Origin: Lama guanicoe
Taxonomy: Eukaryota
Assembly (NCBI GenBank): GCA_013239625.1
Contig: MU053156.1
Coordinates: 312,467 to 376,466 of the forward strand
Direction: 5' to 3'
Length of the DNA: 64,000 bases
The notes beneath the pieces were generated by a model. That model was not told the DNA's origin, searched no databases, and saw only the letters and a list, made by a program, of their open reading frames with translations. Shown one piece after another: positions 52,770 to 64,000 of the stretch. The position numbers were made by a program, and so were the translations under genes. The stretch's first letter is position 1. Each line of letters begins with the position of its first letter.

Positions 52770-53035
52770 TTTGCTCCTCTTTCTTTATTGAAGAACAGTT
52801 CGCTGCATATAGAATTCTTGGTTGACTGCTTTTTAGCACTTTGCCTATGTCATCCCCTTGCCTTCTGCCCTCTGGTCTCTGATGAAAAACCAGCTGTTAA
52901 TATCATTGCGGGTGCATCTTACGTGATGAGTCTCTTCTGTCTTGCTTTCAAGGCTCTCTCTTTGCCTTTCGGTAGTTTCATTTTTCTAGGTGTAAGTCTT
53001 CTTGGCCTTATCTTTCTGGGAATTCACTTGAGTTC
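52770..53035 (-). mobile_element. L1 ORF1-region fragment
   Basis: ttgaagaacagttcgctgcatatagaattcttggttgac...tctgatgaaaaaccagctgtta; similar to 2400-2640. Confidence 0.55.
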
Positions 53036-53895
53036 CTTAGAAAAAGAGAGATGAAATAAGACCCCAGAGAGTCACAGCTCCCTCCGGTCTCCCCAGGACT
53101 GTCCTGGGCTGTTCTGGCAGAAGAGCTCTGCAGACAGAGGAGCGGAGTCTCCACGGAAGACAAAGAGCTGCAGGAGCCCTCGTTCCCAAGGCCCAGGCTG
53201 CTTCCTCGTGATGCTCCTTTGTGAATCTCCTGTTGCATTTGATGTGCTTGTTTTCAGGACCAAATGATCTCCAGTCCTCTCCAAGATCAGATTTATGAAT
53301 AAAACTATTCAATGCTTGTAAGATGAACATAGGTGTGAACTTGATTTTTGTAGAATTTAGATCAGTGGCTAGGGGATTTCTTTCCCCCATCATGTCCCTC
53401 CACTCTGCACAGCCCCAGACTACTCCTCCACACACAGGCTGTCTATCTAGCTGCACTGGGTCCCTGGCTTTCGTCCTGCCCCTCCTCCTCCAGACTGGAC
53501 TGCGGGATCTGGGGCCATGCACTGTCCTGCTACCACTCTTCCCAGACAGGCCCCTCCTGCCAATACCGGCAGAGGCTGTGCTGTCCTGGTGAGGCACCTA
53601 GCTGCTGGCCGGTCCATACATGCAACTTAAAGGGTGAGACAGTGAAAGTAAGGTACTCTCTGCTCCCGGGGAGTCAGCAGAGCACTTGACTCCGAGTGGT
53701 TCTCTCTCCCTCCCGGTGATGGGACCACTGATGGCAGCCCCCTCTCACACCAGGGAGCCTCCAGGACTGGGGTCTTCCTTCCTTCCTGTGGGTAGTGTCC
53801 TTCCCCTCCAACCCTGTGGCTGCTGTCATCTGCAGGGACTGGGATCTTTCAACTGACATCTCATCCTCGTCTGGCTCCCCCTCCCCCACGTACAG

Positions 53896-54528
53896 CCCAG
53901 CCCTAGCCCTAGCCCTAGTCCTAACACTAACCCCTAACATCTAACCCTAACGCCTACCCCAAGTCCTAACCCTAACCCAGCCCCTAACCCTAACCCTAGC
54001 CTGAACCAGAACCCCAAACCCGAACGAGAACCCAAACCATAATCCTATACTAAACCTTAACTTGATCAGACTCCTAACCCTAACCTTCTCCTCCTCCTGC
54101 TCCTCCTCCCCTCTAACCCCTAACCCTTCTCCTCCTTCTCCCTTAACCGTAACTCTAGCCCAACCCCAACCCCTAACCCTAACACCTACCCCAACCCCAA
54201 CCCCTAACCCTAACACCTACCCTAACCCTAACCTATCCCTAAACTCTAGCTCTGGTCCTGACCCCTAACCCCTAAAACTAACCCTAAACCCTAAACCTAA
54301 TTTTATCCCTACCCCTAGCCTTAACCCTAACTCCTCCTCCTCCTCCCAAACCGTAACCTTAGCAATAAGCCTAACAAAAACCCTAACCCTAAAACTACCC
54401 CTACCCCTCCTCCTAACCCTCAGCCCTCACCTGAAACCCTAACCCTAACCCCAATCCCTAAACCTGATCGCGACCCCAACCTCAACATTAACACTAACCT
54501 TGAACACCAACCCCAACCCCAACCCTAA
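53896..54528 (-). repeat. Degenerate interstitial telomeric repeat array, (CCCTAA)n on + / (TTAGGG)n on -
   Basis: Many ccctaa units mixed with ccctag, ccccaa, cctaaa and ccctac variants and (CCT)n stretches over ~630 bp. Confidence 0.9.
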
Positions 54529-54699
54529 TCCAGAGCCTGCTCCCGCAGAAGGTCCTGGACTGGGTCCAGTTTCACCAGTCCTGCAGGGAGACCCTGTGGT
54601 TGCTTCTTAGTGTGAGGAGAGGGAACCCCATTTTGGAGGTTCAGTCGGAGACTGGGCCTGGCCAGGGTCTGGGGGGCACTAACGGGGCGAGGGAGGAGA

Positions 54700-55119
54700 G
54701 CAGAAGTGAAGCCGAGGGGAGTGGGGCCGACAGGTGTGGCCCCGCCCGGGGCAAGTGGTGGTTCTGCTTAAGTGTGGACCCGATTGGCGGTGGGCTGGGG
54801 GCATTGGGGATGGAGATTTGGCGGGATGGGCAGTAGGGCGGGCAAGGGGGCAGCCCGTCCCCCCGCCCGGCCCCGCCCAGCCCCACTGTCCAAGAGCTGT
54901 ACAGCAGGAGACCCCGCCCCAACGTCCGCGTTGCGGGCGGGAGGAGGAGGGGCGCGCGCATGCGCATGCGCATGCGCGGACGCACAGACGCCGGAACCCG
55001 CCCAGAGCGTGAAGAAGCTGGGCGAGAGCCGGTTGCTCCTGGACCGGCGCCCGGAGGAGGAACGCGGCCTGGGGTCTGGGCCGCCGCGTGCCGTCGTCTC
55101 CGCTGCCGCCGCCGAGCAG
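54700..55119 (+). promoter_or_regulatory. CpG-island promoter and putative non-coding first exon
   Basis: CpG-dense; reverse CCAAT (attgg, 54783-54787); GC boxes; tandem NRF1 motifs gcgcatgcgcatgcgcatgcgc (54956-54977); ccggaa at 54991; strong donor CAG|GTAAGG at 55119/55120. Confidence 0.7.
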
Positions 55120-55449
55120 GTAAGGGGGCGCTGGTGGGGGCGCGCAGGTCTGGGAGCTGAGTGAGGCCTGGGCTGTGCCGTTGGGGAGGCGCACAGGGAG
55201 GGAGGGGTGCGCGGGTGAGGCCCAGGCCGCGCGTCCCGTTAGGGCCCTGAAGCGGGTCCGGGTTCGCCGCCCTGGTTCGTAGTGTACCCCGCCTCCCCAC
55301 ATTAGTAGCTCCTGAACGCCGCGTCTTCGTTGCCTCATAATTATACCCGGGTGGGGAAAAGCAGGTGCAGCTCCGGGAGGTGAGAGGGCTCTGGACGGCC
55401 AGGGAGCACCTCCGGTTGGCCCTCAGGCGGGTGCGTTGCTGTCGCGGGT

Positions 55450-56450
55450 CCCGGCGGTGGCCGCGGTGGGATGGGGGCTTCCCCGTGCGAGCCCCTGGAA
55501 GTGTTCGCTGTTCCTCCGCTGCCTGGACTGGGGCGGCCTCTGCTTCCCCATGTTTGCAGGGTGCACGTCTGGCCGTCAGCCTGCCCCTGGGAGGCAGACG
55601 CTTGCTGTCTGGGTGCGGTGGCGGTGGCATCTGTGGTGGCATCATCATCAGCGTAAGCGGGGAGGGGGGTCTGTCCCTGGGATCCTGTGGATTTGCTCCC
55701 TTCTCCCCCATGGCCTGATGGCGGCCTGTGCTGCCCCAGGTTTGCGAGTCGCTGGTGACAGGTCAGTCTGCTCCTGGGAGGCGATCTCGTTGCGTTTATT
55801 GTGGGGGGGCGGCGGCAGCGGCAGCGGCAGCGTGAAATGGGAGCAAATCCCCGCGCTCGCACGTGGCAGCCCCAATCTCGCCATCGCTTCAGTAGCCCTC
55901 TGATGGCAAGGCGCCTGCCTTCCAGGAGCAGGCTGACCTGTAACCGGAGTCCCGAGAACCTGAGTCAGCAGAGCCTGAGCCCAGGGCGGACCGCGGGGGA
56001 GTTTGAAGCAAATACGCAGGCTCGCAGGGGCAGACCCTTTAACCCGCCATAGCCACCGCTGCCTCTGACCACACCGCGCCCCCCTTCAGGGAGCAGTCTG
56101 ACCTGGGGATGTGCCTGGGGCAGCAGAGACCGCCCCCAGGCCACGCCACGGGGGAGTTGGGGGCAAATCGACCAGCTCACCAGGGGAAGCGCCGTTCTCC
56201 TCGCCGCTGCCCCGGTTTCGCGGGACACTGGTTTCCAGGACAGTGGGCTCCCAGGAAGCAGGAGCGGTGCATTTAGGGGGCGGCGGCGAGGAGGGGGGCT
56301 GCCCCCCCCACGAGCAGGTGGACTTGCTCCCATCTCCCTCGGGGCCTGTCCTGGGGGCGGCCTGCGCTGCTCCAGGTTCGCAGGACGCATGTCTTCACGT
56401 CAGTCTGCTCCTGGGAGTAGGGCGCAGTGTGGTCAGGGGGCAGCGTGAGC
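55450..56450. repeat. GC-rich ~170-200 bp monomer array with an internal inversion
   Basis: Recurring tttgctccc...gcggcctctgctgccccaggtttgc...aggtcagtctgctcctgggag; reverse-oriented copies at ~55835-56170. Confidence 0.7.
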
Positions 56451-56544
56451 AGTGGGCAAAGACTTAGGAGGACTGGGCTCTAGCCTAGGATAACTAATTC
56501 TCCTCTTTTCTCTTGCTTCCTCAGTTGGTGGCTGTAGCGGCTTT

Positions 56545-58716
56545 TCCATTAAAGGTTATTACCAGATACTGAACATACGTTTCTGTGCTACACAAAAGAA
56601 AAACTTTTTAAAAGTCTATTTTTATGTATAGTGACTAACATTTGTAAATCTCAAACTTCCACATTTATCCTTTCCCACTCCCTTTCCCTGGTAACCGTAA
56701 GATTGTTTACTAAGTCTGCAAGTCTGCTTCTGTTTTGTAGGTGAGTTCATAGTGTGTTTTTTTTTTTAGATGGTACACAGGACTGGTATCATATGGTATT
56801 TTTCTTTGTTTCTAGCTCACTTCACTTAGAATGATGATCTCTAGGTCAAACCATGTTGCTGCAAATGGCATTATTTTATCCTTTTTTATGGCAGAGTAGT
56901 ATTCCGTCATATAAATATACCACATCTTTATCCAGTCATCTGTTGCTGAAAATTCAGTTAGGTTGCTTTCATGTCTTGGCTATTGTATGTAGTGGTGCTA
57001 TGAATACTGGGGTGCATGTATCCTTTTGTATTTGAGTTCCCTCTGGATGTATACCCAGAAATGGAATTGCTGAATCATAGGGTAAGTCTATTTTTAGTTC
57101 TTTGAGGAATTTGCATACTGTTCCATAATGGCTACGCCAAACTACATACCCACCAGCAGTGTTAAGAGGGTTCCCTTTTCTCCACACCCTCTCCAGCATT
57201 TATCATTTATGAACTTTTGAGTGGTGGACATTCTGACTGATGTGAGGAGATAGCTCATTGGAGTTTTGATTTGCATTTCTCTCTGATAATTAGCGATATT
57301 GAACATTTTTTCGTGTGCCTATTGGTCATTCGTATGTCTTCGTTGGAGAAATGCTTGTTTAGATCTTCTGCCCATTTTTGTTTTTTTGTTATCAAGCTTT
57401 ATGAGCTGATTATATAATCTGGAAATTAAGCGTTTGTCAGTTGAATCATTTACAAATATTTTCTCCCCTTCTGTGGTTTGTCGTTTTGTTTTGCTTATGG
57501 TTTCCTTTGCTGTGCAAATGCTTGTAAATAAGCTCAGTTAGGTCCTATTTGTTTATTTGTACTTTTATTTCTATTGCTTTAGTAGACTGCCCTAGGGGAA
57601 CCTTGCTGAGATCTATGTCCCATAATGTTTTGCCTTTGTTTTCTTCTAAGAGGTTTATAGTGTCTTGTCTACATATTCAAGTCTTTAAACCATTTTGAAT
57701 TTATTTTTGTGTAATGGGGTGAGGGAGTAGTCTAACTTCATTGATTTACATGCAGCTGTCCAGTTTTCCCTACACCATTTGCTGAAGAGACTGTCTTTAC
57801 TCCATTGTATATTCTTGCCTCCTTCTTCAAAGATTAATTGACCAAAAGTTTGTGGGTTTACTTCTGGGCTCTCTATTCTGTTCCATTTATCCCATATGTC
57901 TGTTTTTAAATGTATCAATACATGCTGTTTTGATTGTGGCTCTGTAGTGTTGTTTGAAGTCTGGGAGGGTGATTCCTCCAGCTTCATTCTTTTTCTTCAG
58001 TAATACTTTGGTAATTCCGGGTCTTTTGTGATTCCATATAAATTTTGGGATGATTTGTTCTAATTCTGTGAAAAATATCCTGGGTAATTTGATAGAGATC
58101 GCATTAAATCTGTAGATTGCTTTGGGTGATGTGGCCGTTTTAACCATATTAATTCTTCCAATGCAAAAACATGGGGTATCTTTCCATTTCTTTAGGTTTT
58201 CTTTAATTTCCTTAGTCTTCTTTAATTTCCTTAGTGTTTCCTTAGCATGTGTCTTTCATTTGCTGGGTCAGGTTTATTCCTAAGTATTTTGGTTTTTTTT
58301 GGATGCAGTTTTAAAAGGAATTATTCCTTTCGTGTAAGAAATGTCACTGGTTTCTGTATGTTGATGTTGAATCCTGCTACCTTGCTGAATTGTTTTATTA
58401 GCTCTAGTCGTGTTTGTTTGGAGCCTTTAGGGCTTTCTATATGTAGTATCATGTCATGCGCATATAATGACAGTTTTACCTTTCCTCTTCCAATTTAGAT
58501 CCCTTTTATTTCTTTCTGTTGTCTTTAATTGCTCTGGCTAGGACTTCCAATACTATATTGAATATAAGTGGTGAGAGTGGGCATCTTTGTCTTGTTCCAG
58601 ATTTTAGTGGAAAGGTTTTCAGCTTTTCTTGGTAGAGTGTTATGCTGGCTGTGGGTTTATTATAAATAGCTTTTATTATGTTGTGGTATGTTTCCTATAC
58701 ACCCACTTTGGTAAGA
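56545..58716 (-). mobile_element. L1 ORF2 3' portion and 3' UTR, fused at its 5' end to GC-rich monomers
   Basis: ORFs 57685-58147(-): [47 protein letters not shown]; junction at 58716/58717. Confidence 0.9.
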
Positions 58717-59540
58717 CCATGGGCTCAGTGCGTTCATGGGGCTGGGATAACGGTAGCAGAGGTAATGGCGGCAGTGGGAGGAGAGGGGCTGCCCCTCAGG
58801 AGCCAGTCATTTGCTCCCATCTCCCCTGTGGCCGGGGCTGGGAGCGGCCTCTGCTGCCCCAGGTTCACTGTACCCTCGTCTTTAGGTCAGTCACCTTAGG
58901 AGGCTGGGATGGTGTGGTCGGGGGCGGGGGCGGCAGGAGAGTGGCTTCCGCCTGCAAGCCCTTGGATTTAGTGCCATGTCCGCTGTGGCCTGGCCTGGGG
59001 GCAGCCTCTCCTGCCCCAGGTTTGCAGGACTCACATGTGTAGGTCAGCCTGCTCTCTGGAGGCCTGCGAGGTTTGGTCAGGGAGTGAGGAAGACTGCAGA
59101 GGTGGCGGTGGCAGCTTTGGTGGCAGGAGAAGGGGGCTGCCCTGTGCCTCCCTGTGGATTTGCTCCCATCTTCCCAGGGGCCTGGCCTGGTGGTGGCCTC
59201 TGCTGCCCCAGGTTCCCTGGAGGCTTGTCCTCAGGTCATGCTGCTCCTGAGAGGCGGGCACTGTGCATTCAGCATTTGGGGACTGCAGCAGTGACAGTGA
59301 GAAATGGGAGCAAATACCTGCTCTAGCACGTGGCAGCCCCAGTCCTGCTGTTGCCACTGCCGAGTCCCCTAGACCCCCCCCCCGCCTGCCTCCCAGGAGC
59401 AGGCTGACAGGGAGAAGTGCTTTGCAAGCTGAGGAACTGCAGCTGCCTCCAGCCCCGCCTGCCCACGCCCTGAGCCTGGGACGGCTGACTGAGTGCCCGC
59501 ACTCGCTCAGGATCCTTGTCTGGTGGCTGTCGCCATGGTG
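58717..59540. repeat. GC-rich monomer array (second block)
   Basis: Same monomer as 55450-56450, including the same inversion motif aaatgggagcaaat...gcacgtggcagcccc. Confidence 0.75.
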
Positions 59541-59728
59541 ATTGAAGCCTGGACAGCCCCGCCTGCACGGGGTGAGGGGTGAGGGGGTCAGCTCAGGTTA
59601 GGGGTGCACTCGCGGTGAGGGGGGAAAGGCCAAGGGGTGAAGGGCTGCTGGGAGTGAGGGGACCCCGCTGAGGGGTGGGCGGTCATCCCAGGGTGAGGGG
59701 GGGATCATCTTGAGATGGTTGAGATGGT

Positions 59729-59742
59729 NNNNNNNNNNNNNN
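59729..59742. other. Assembly gap (14 N)
   Basis: N run. Confidence 1.
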
Positions 59743-59764
59743 TGGTTTGTGGGGAGTGTGAGGG

Positions 59765-60420
59765 CAGGGACCTCAGTGTAAGGAGAAGGAGCTTTGTCTT
59801 GGGGGTCCAGGTTGGGTACCAGGCCTGGCCAGAGGTGGGGAGGCAGTGACTGGGTGGGGGACTGTAAGCAGGGAGGTGGGGTTGGGGAGTGTGGCCTGGT
59901 CCAGGGCCCGTGGTGGTGCTGGTTGAGTATCAGGACCCAGTCGGTGGCAGGGTGGGGGCGTTGGGGCTGGGGATCTGGAGGGGCGGGCCACAGGGTAGGC
60001 CCTCCCCAGCCCGCCCAGAGCAGTGGAAGCTGGGCGGGGGAGCCCGGTTCTCCTGGACCAGCTACCCAAGGAGGAACACGGCCTGGGGTCTGGGCTGCCA
60101 CTTTCTGTCGCCTCTTCTGCCTTCACCAGTCAGGTAAGGGGGCGCTGGTGGGGGCATGCAGGTCTGGGAGCTGAGTGAGGCCTGGGCTGCACTGTTGGGG
60201 AGGTGCACAGGAAGGGGTGTGTGGGTGAGATCCAGGCCGCACGTCCTGTTAGGACCCTGAAGTGGGTCCGGTCCCCCGCCCTGGTTCGTGGTGCCCCACC
60301 CCCCACATTAGTAGTCTCTGCTGCCGCTTATACCTGGGTTTGGGAAAGGGGGTGCAACTCCTGGAGGTGGGAAGCAGCTGGACAGCCAGGGAGCACCTCC
60401 CACTGGCCCTCAGGTCGTGG
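59765..60420 (+). repeat. Diverged, CpG-depleted paralog of the promoter/exon block 54585-55430
   Basis: Shared caggtaagggggcgctggtggggg...caggtctgggagctgagtgaggcctgggctg and agggagcacctcc...ggccctcagg. Confidence 0.85.
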
Positions 60421-60559
60421 CCTTCCTGTGTAGGTGGACCAGCCTGGCAAGTGGAGGCCACCCCAGACATTCTGCTTCACAGTTGACCTGGGGCAGAATA
60501 AGGGGTGAGGCCTGGGCCTTTGGGAGCTGGTCTCCCTGCCACCGAGATCAAAAGCATTT

Positions 60560-61330
60560 GGCAAGTCTATTTTTAGTCTTTTGAGGAATCTCCCTACTGT
60601 TTCCCACAATGGCTACACNNNNNNNNNNNNNNNNNNNNNNNNNNNNNNNNNNNNNNNNNNNNNNNNNNNNNNNNNNNNNNNNNNNNNNNNNNNNNNNNNN
60701 NNNNNNNNNNNNNNNNNNNNNNNNNNNNNNNNNNNNNNNNNNNNNNNNNNNNNNNNNNNNNNNNGTAATTAATGGAGGATTTTTTCATATGCCTATTGGT
60801 CATTTGTATGTCTTCATTGGAGAAAAGGTGTGTTGTATGAGCTGTTAATATATTCTGGAAATTAACCCCTTGTCAGTCTCATCTTTTGTGAATATTTTCT
60901 CCCACCTTGTAAGTTGTCCCTTTGTGTTACTTATGGTTTCATTTGCTGTGCAAAACCTGATAATTTCAGTTAGACCCATTTGTTTGTGTATTTGTGCCTT
61001 CGTGTCTGTTTGCTGGGGTAGACTGCCCTAGGAGGACGTTGCTGATGTGTGTCCCCGATGTTTTGCCCATGTGTTCTTCTAAGCGGCGTGTAGTGTCTTG
61101 TCTTAGGTTTAAGCCCTTAAGCGAGTTTGAATTTATTTTTGTGTACAGTGTGAGGGGGTATCCCAGCTTCATTGATTTCCGTACAGCTGTCCAGTTTCCC
61201 CTGCATCATTTGCTGAAGAGACTGTCTTTCCTCCACTGTATGTTGTTCCTGCCTCCTTTGTAGAAGACTAATTGACCAGAAGTTTTTGGGTTTTCTCTCT
61301 GGACTCTATTCTGCTCCCTTGATCCGTATG
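60560..61330 (-). mobile_element. L1 ORF2 3' fragment spanning an assembly gap
   Basis: aagtctatttttagtcttttgaggaatctcc...tttgctgaagagactgtctttcctccactg; homologous to ~57085-57900. Confidence 0.85.
60619..60764. other. Assembly gap (146 N)
   Basis: N run. Confidence 1.
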
Positions 61331-63621
61331 TTTTTATTTTTTCCCCTCCTTTTCCAGTTTTATTAGGTAGAGTCACTATAGTTCGACCGCACATACACAT
61401 TCTACTGCACATAGATGCGTATATACAGTATACTGCACTTTTTTTTTAGTTTCCATAAATGTACTCCTTAACATTTCTAAGAAGAGATTAGGGTTTTAAA
61501 CGTACATAGTTATCAACGGAATAAAGCCAACTACAAAATAAGAATCAACAAAGTGCTGTGGTACGACCATAAAGGACAGTCAGATGTGCTTACACACATT
61601 GAAGAAATCAAAATGGAAATTAGTGCATTTGCGGCCTTATTATTACTGTTACTATTTTTTGGATTCCTCGTATAGATGATGTCATATGGCATTTTTCTTT
61701 CTCTTTCTGGCCCACTTCACTTAGAATGACAATCTTCAGGTCCATCCATAGTGCTGCAAGTGGCGTGATTTTATTCTTGTTTTGTGGCTGAGTGCTGTTC
61801 CATTGTATATACACGTACCACAGTTTCTTTATCTAGGGAACTGTTGATGGACATTTGGGTTGTTTCCGTGTCTTGGCTGTTGTAAAGAGTGCTGCTGTGA
61901 ACAGTGGGGTGCACGTGTCTTTCTGAATTTTATTTTTCTCCAGATAGTTCCCAGGAGTGGGATTGCTGGATCACGTGGTAGGTTTATTTTCATGTTTCTG
62001 AGGAACCTCCATACTGTCGTCCATCGTGGCTGCACCAATCTACACTCCCACCTACAGTGTTGGAGGATTCCCTTTTCTCCACACCCTGTTCAGCATCTGT
62101 CACTTGTAGACTTCTCAGTGATGGCCATCCTGGCTGGTGTAAGGCGATATCGCATTGTAGTTTTGATCTGCATTTCTCTGACAATGAGCGATGCTGAGCA
62201 TTTTTTTTCATGTGTCCTGCTGGCCATTTGAATGTCTTCTGTGGAGAACTGTTTGTTTAGGTCTTCTGCCCATTTTTGGATTGGGTTGCTTGTTTCTTTG
62301 ATATTAAGGTGGATGAGCTGTTTGTATGTTTTGGAAATTAGTCTCCTGTCAGTCACATCATTTGCAAAGATTTTCTCCCATTCCGTAGGTTGTCTTTGCG
62401 TTTCGTGAACGGTATCTGTAGTTGTGCAAAAAAGCCTTTGAGTTCAGTTAGATCCCACTTGTTTATTTTTGGTTTTATTTCCAGTAGTCCAGGAGCTGGT
62501 TCAAAAATACATTGCATTAATGTTATGTCCGCGAGTGTTGGGCCTGTGTTTTCCCCTAGGAGTTTTACAGTATCTGGTCTTCCATTGAGGTCTTTAATCC
62601 ATTTGGGGTTTATTTTTGTACATGGTGTTGGAGAATGTTCTGATTTCAGTCTTTTACAGGTTGCTTCCCAGTTTTCCCAGCACCACTTATTGAAGAGACT
62701 GTCTTTCCTCCATTGTGTATTCTTGCCTCCTTTGTCATGGGTTAATTGACTATACGTGCGTGGGTTTATGTCCGGACTTTCTGTCCTGTTCCATTGATCC
62801 TGTGTGTCTGTTTCTGTACCAACGCCGTGCTGTTTTGATTGTAGCTCCGTAGTACTGTCTGAAGCCTGGGAGGGTTATTCCTCCAGCTTCGTTCTTTTTC
62901 TTCAGGAATGCTTTGGTAATTCCAGGTCTTCTGTGATTCCGTATAAATTTTAGGATGGTTTGTTGTAGTTCGGTGAAAAAATGTCCTGGGTAATGTGATA
63001 GGGGTCGCATTAAATCTGTAGATCACTTTGGGCAGCGTGGGCATTTTGACATTATTAATTCTTGCAATGCAAGAACACGGGATGTCTTTCCATTTCTTTA
63101 AGTTCTCTTTAATTTCCTTAGTCAGGGTTTTGTAAGTCTTCACACAGCAGTCTTTCACTTCCTGGGCCAGATATATTCCTAAGGGTTTTAATTTATGGAT
63201 GCGGTTTTAAAAGGGATTATTACTTTTACTTTCGTGTAAAGAAATACCACAGATTTCTGTCAGTTGATACTGTCTTCTGCTGCCTGGCTGAATTGTTTGA
63301 TTAGCTCTCGTTTTTCTGTGGAGGCTTTAGGATTTCTTACCTGTAGTTTTAGCATGTCATCCGCATATGATGACAGTTTTACCTCTTCTCTTCCAATTTA
63401 GATCCCCTTTATTTCTTTTTGTCGTCTAATTGCTGTGGCTAGGACTTCCACTGCTTACTATGTGGAATTGAAGTGGTGAGAGAGGCCATCCTTGTCTTGT
63501 TCCAGATATTAGCGGAAAGGCTTTCGGCTTTTCACTGAAGAGTATCATGCTGGCTGTAGGTTTGTCATAAATAGCTTTTATTATGTTGAGATATGTTCCG
63601 TCTCTACCCACTTTGGGAAGA
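61331..63621 (-). mobile_element. L1 ORF2 3' portion with a distinctive 3' tail and poly(A), fused at its 5' end to GC-rich monomers
   Basis: [37 protein letters not shown]...[19 protein letters not shown]-rich tail at 61331-61342; junction at 63621/63622. Confidence 0.9.
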
Positions 63622-64000
63622 CGACGGGCTCAGTGTGGTCAGGGGGCTTGGGAGGAAGGTAGCAGAGGTAGCAGTGACGGTGGGGGGGGCTGCCCCTCGG
63701 GAGCCAGTCATTTGCTCCCATCTGCCCCGTGGCCTGACCAGGGGGTGGCCTCTGCCGCTCCAGGTTCACCGCACCCACGTCTTTAGGTCGGTGTGCTCCC
63801 AGGAGGCTGGCATGGTGCGGTCAGGGGGCAGGGGCAGCGGTGGCGGGAGTGGGGCTGCCCTGTGCAAGCCCTTGCGTGTACTCCCATTTCCCCAGGGCCT
63901 GGCTTGGGGGCGGCCTCTGCCGCCCCAGGTTTGCAGGGCTGACACGTGTAGGTCAGCCTCCTCCCTGGAAGCCTGCGTGGTTCGGTCAGGGAGCGGGGAA
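63622..64000. repeat. GC-rich monomer array (third block, runs off the window)
   Basis: Collinear with 58717-59095. Confidence 0.8.

Noticed and set aside
53947..54268. GVGVRVR and PTPNPNP ORFs
   Set aside because: Translations of the telomeric repeat array
54641..55711. 356-aa minus-strand ORF rich in Pro/Arg/Ala
   Set aside because: Typical stop-poor CpG-island frame with no recognisable domain; RMRMRMR is simply the NRF1 repeat

Overview
Mammalian genomic DNA, most likely camelid (inferred from five tRNA-Ala-derived Vic-1-type SINEs). No intact protein-coding gene was found. The window is a mosaic of unprocessed, intron-containing gene fragments, recognised from my recollection of the human proteins: five HERC2 exons (+, 1.5-6.9 kb, inter-RLD2/RLD3 region, three internal exons apparently missing), joined within ~470 bp to IGF1R exons 9-13 (+, 7.3-14.2 kb), and facing them five exons (3-7) of a CNTNAP3/4-like gene (-, 22.2-37.2 kb). 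All three fragments carry stops, frameshifts or dead splice sites. The CNTNAP-like block holds three 230-340 bp tandem duplications with 1-2 nt junction insertions. An AT-rich, repeat-dense block (40-53 kb) follows. After it come a ~630 bp degenerate (CCCTAA)n interstitial telomeric array and a CpG-island promoter with tandem NRF1 motifs and a first-exon donor, which has a CpG-depleted paralog lacking the NRF1 core. The right end holds two copies of a GC-rich-monomer/L1-ORF2-3' chimera joined at the same nucleotide, a candidate non-autonomous composite L1-derived element. Overall it looks like a subtelomeric/pericentromeric segmental-duplication hub. No database searches were run.
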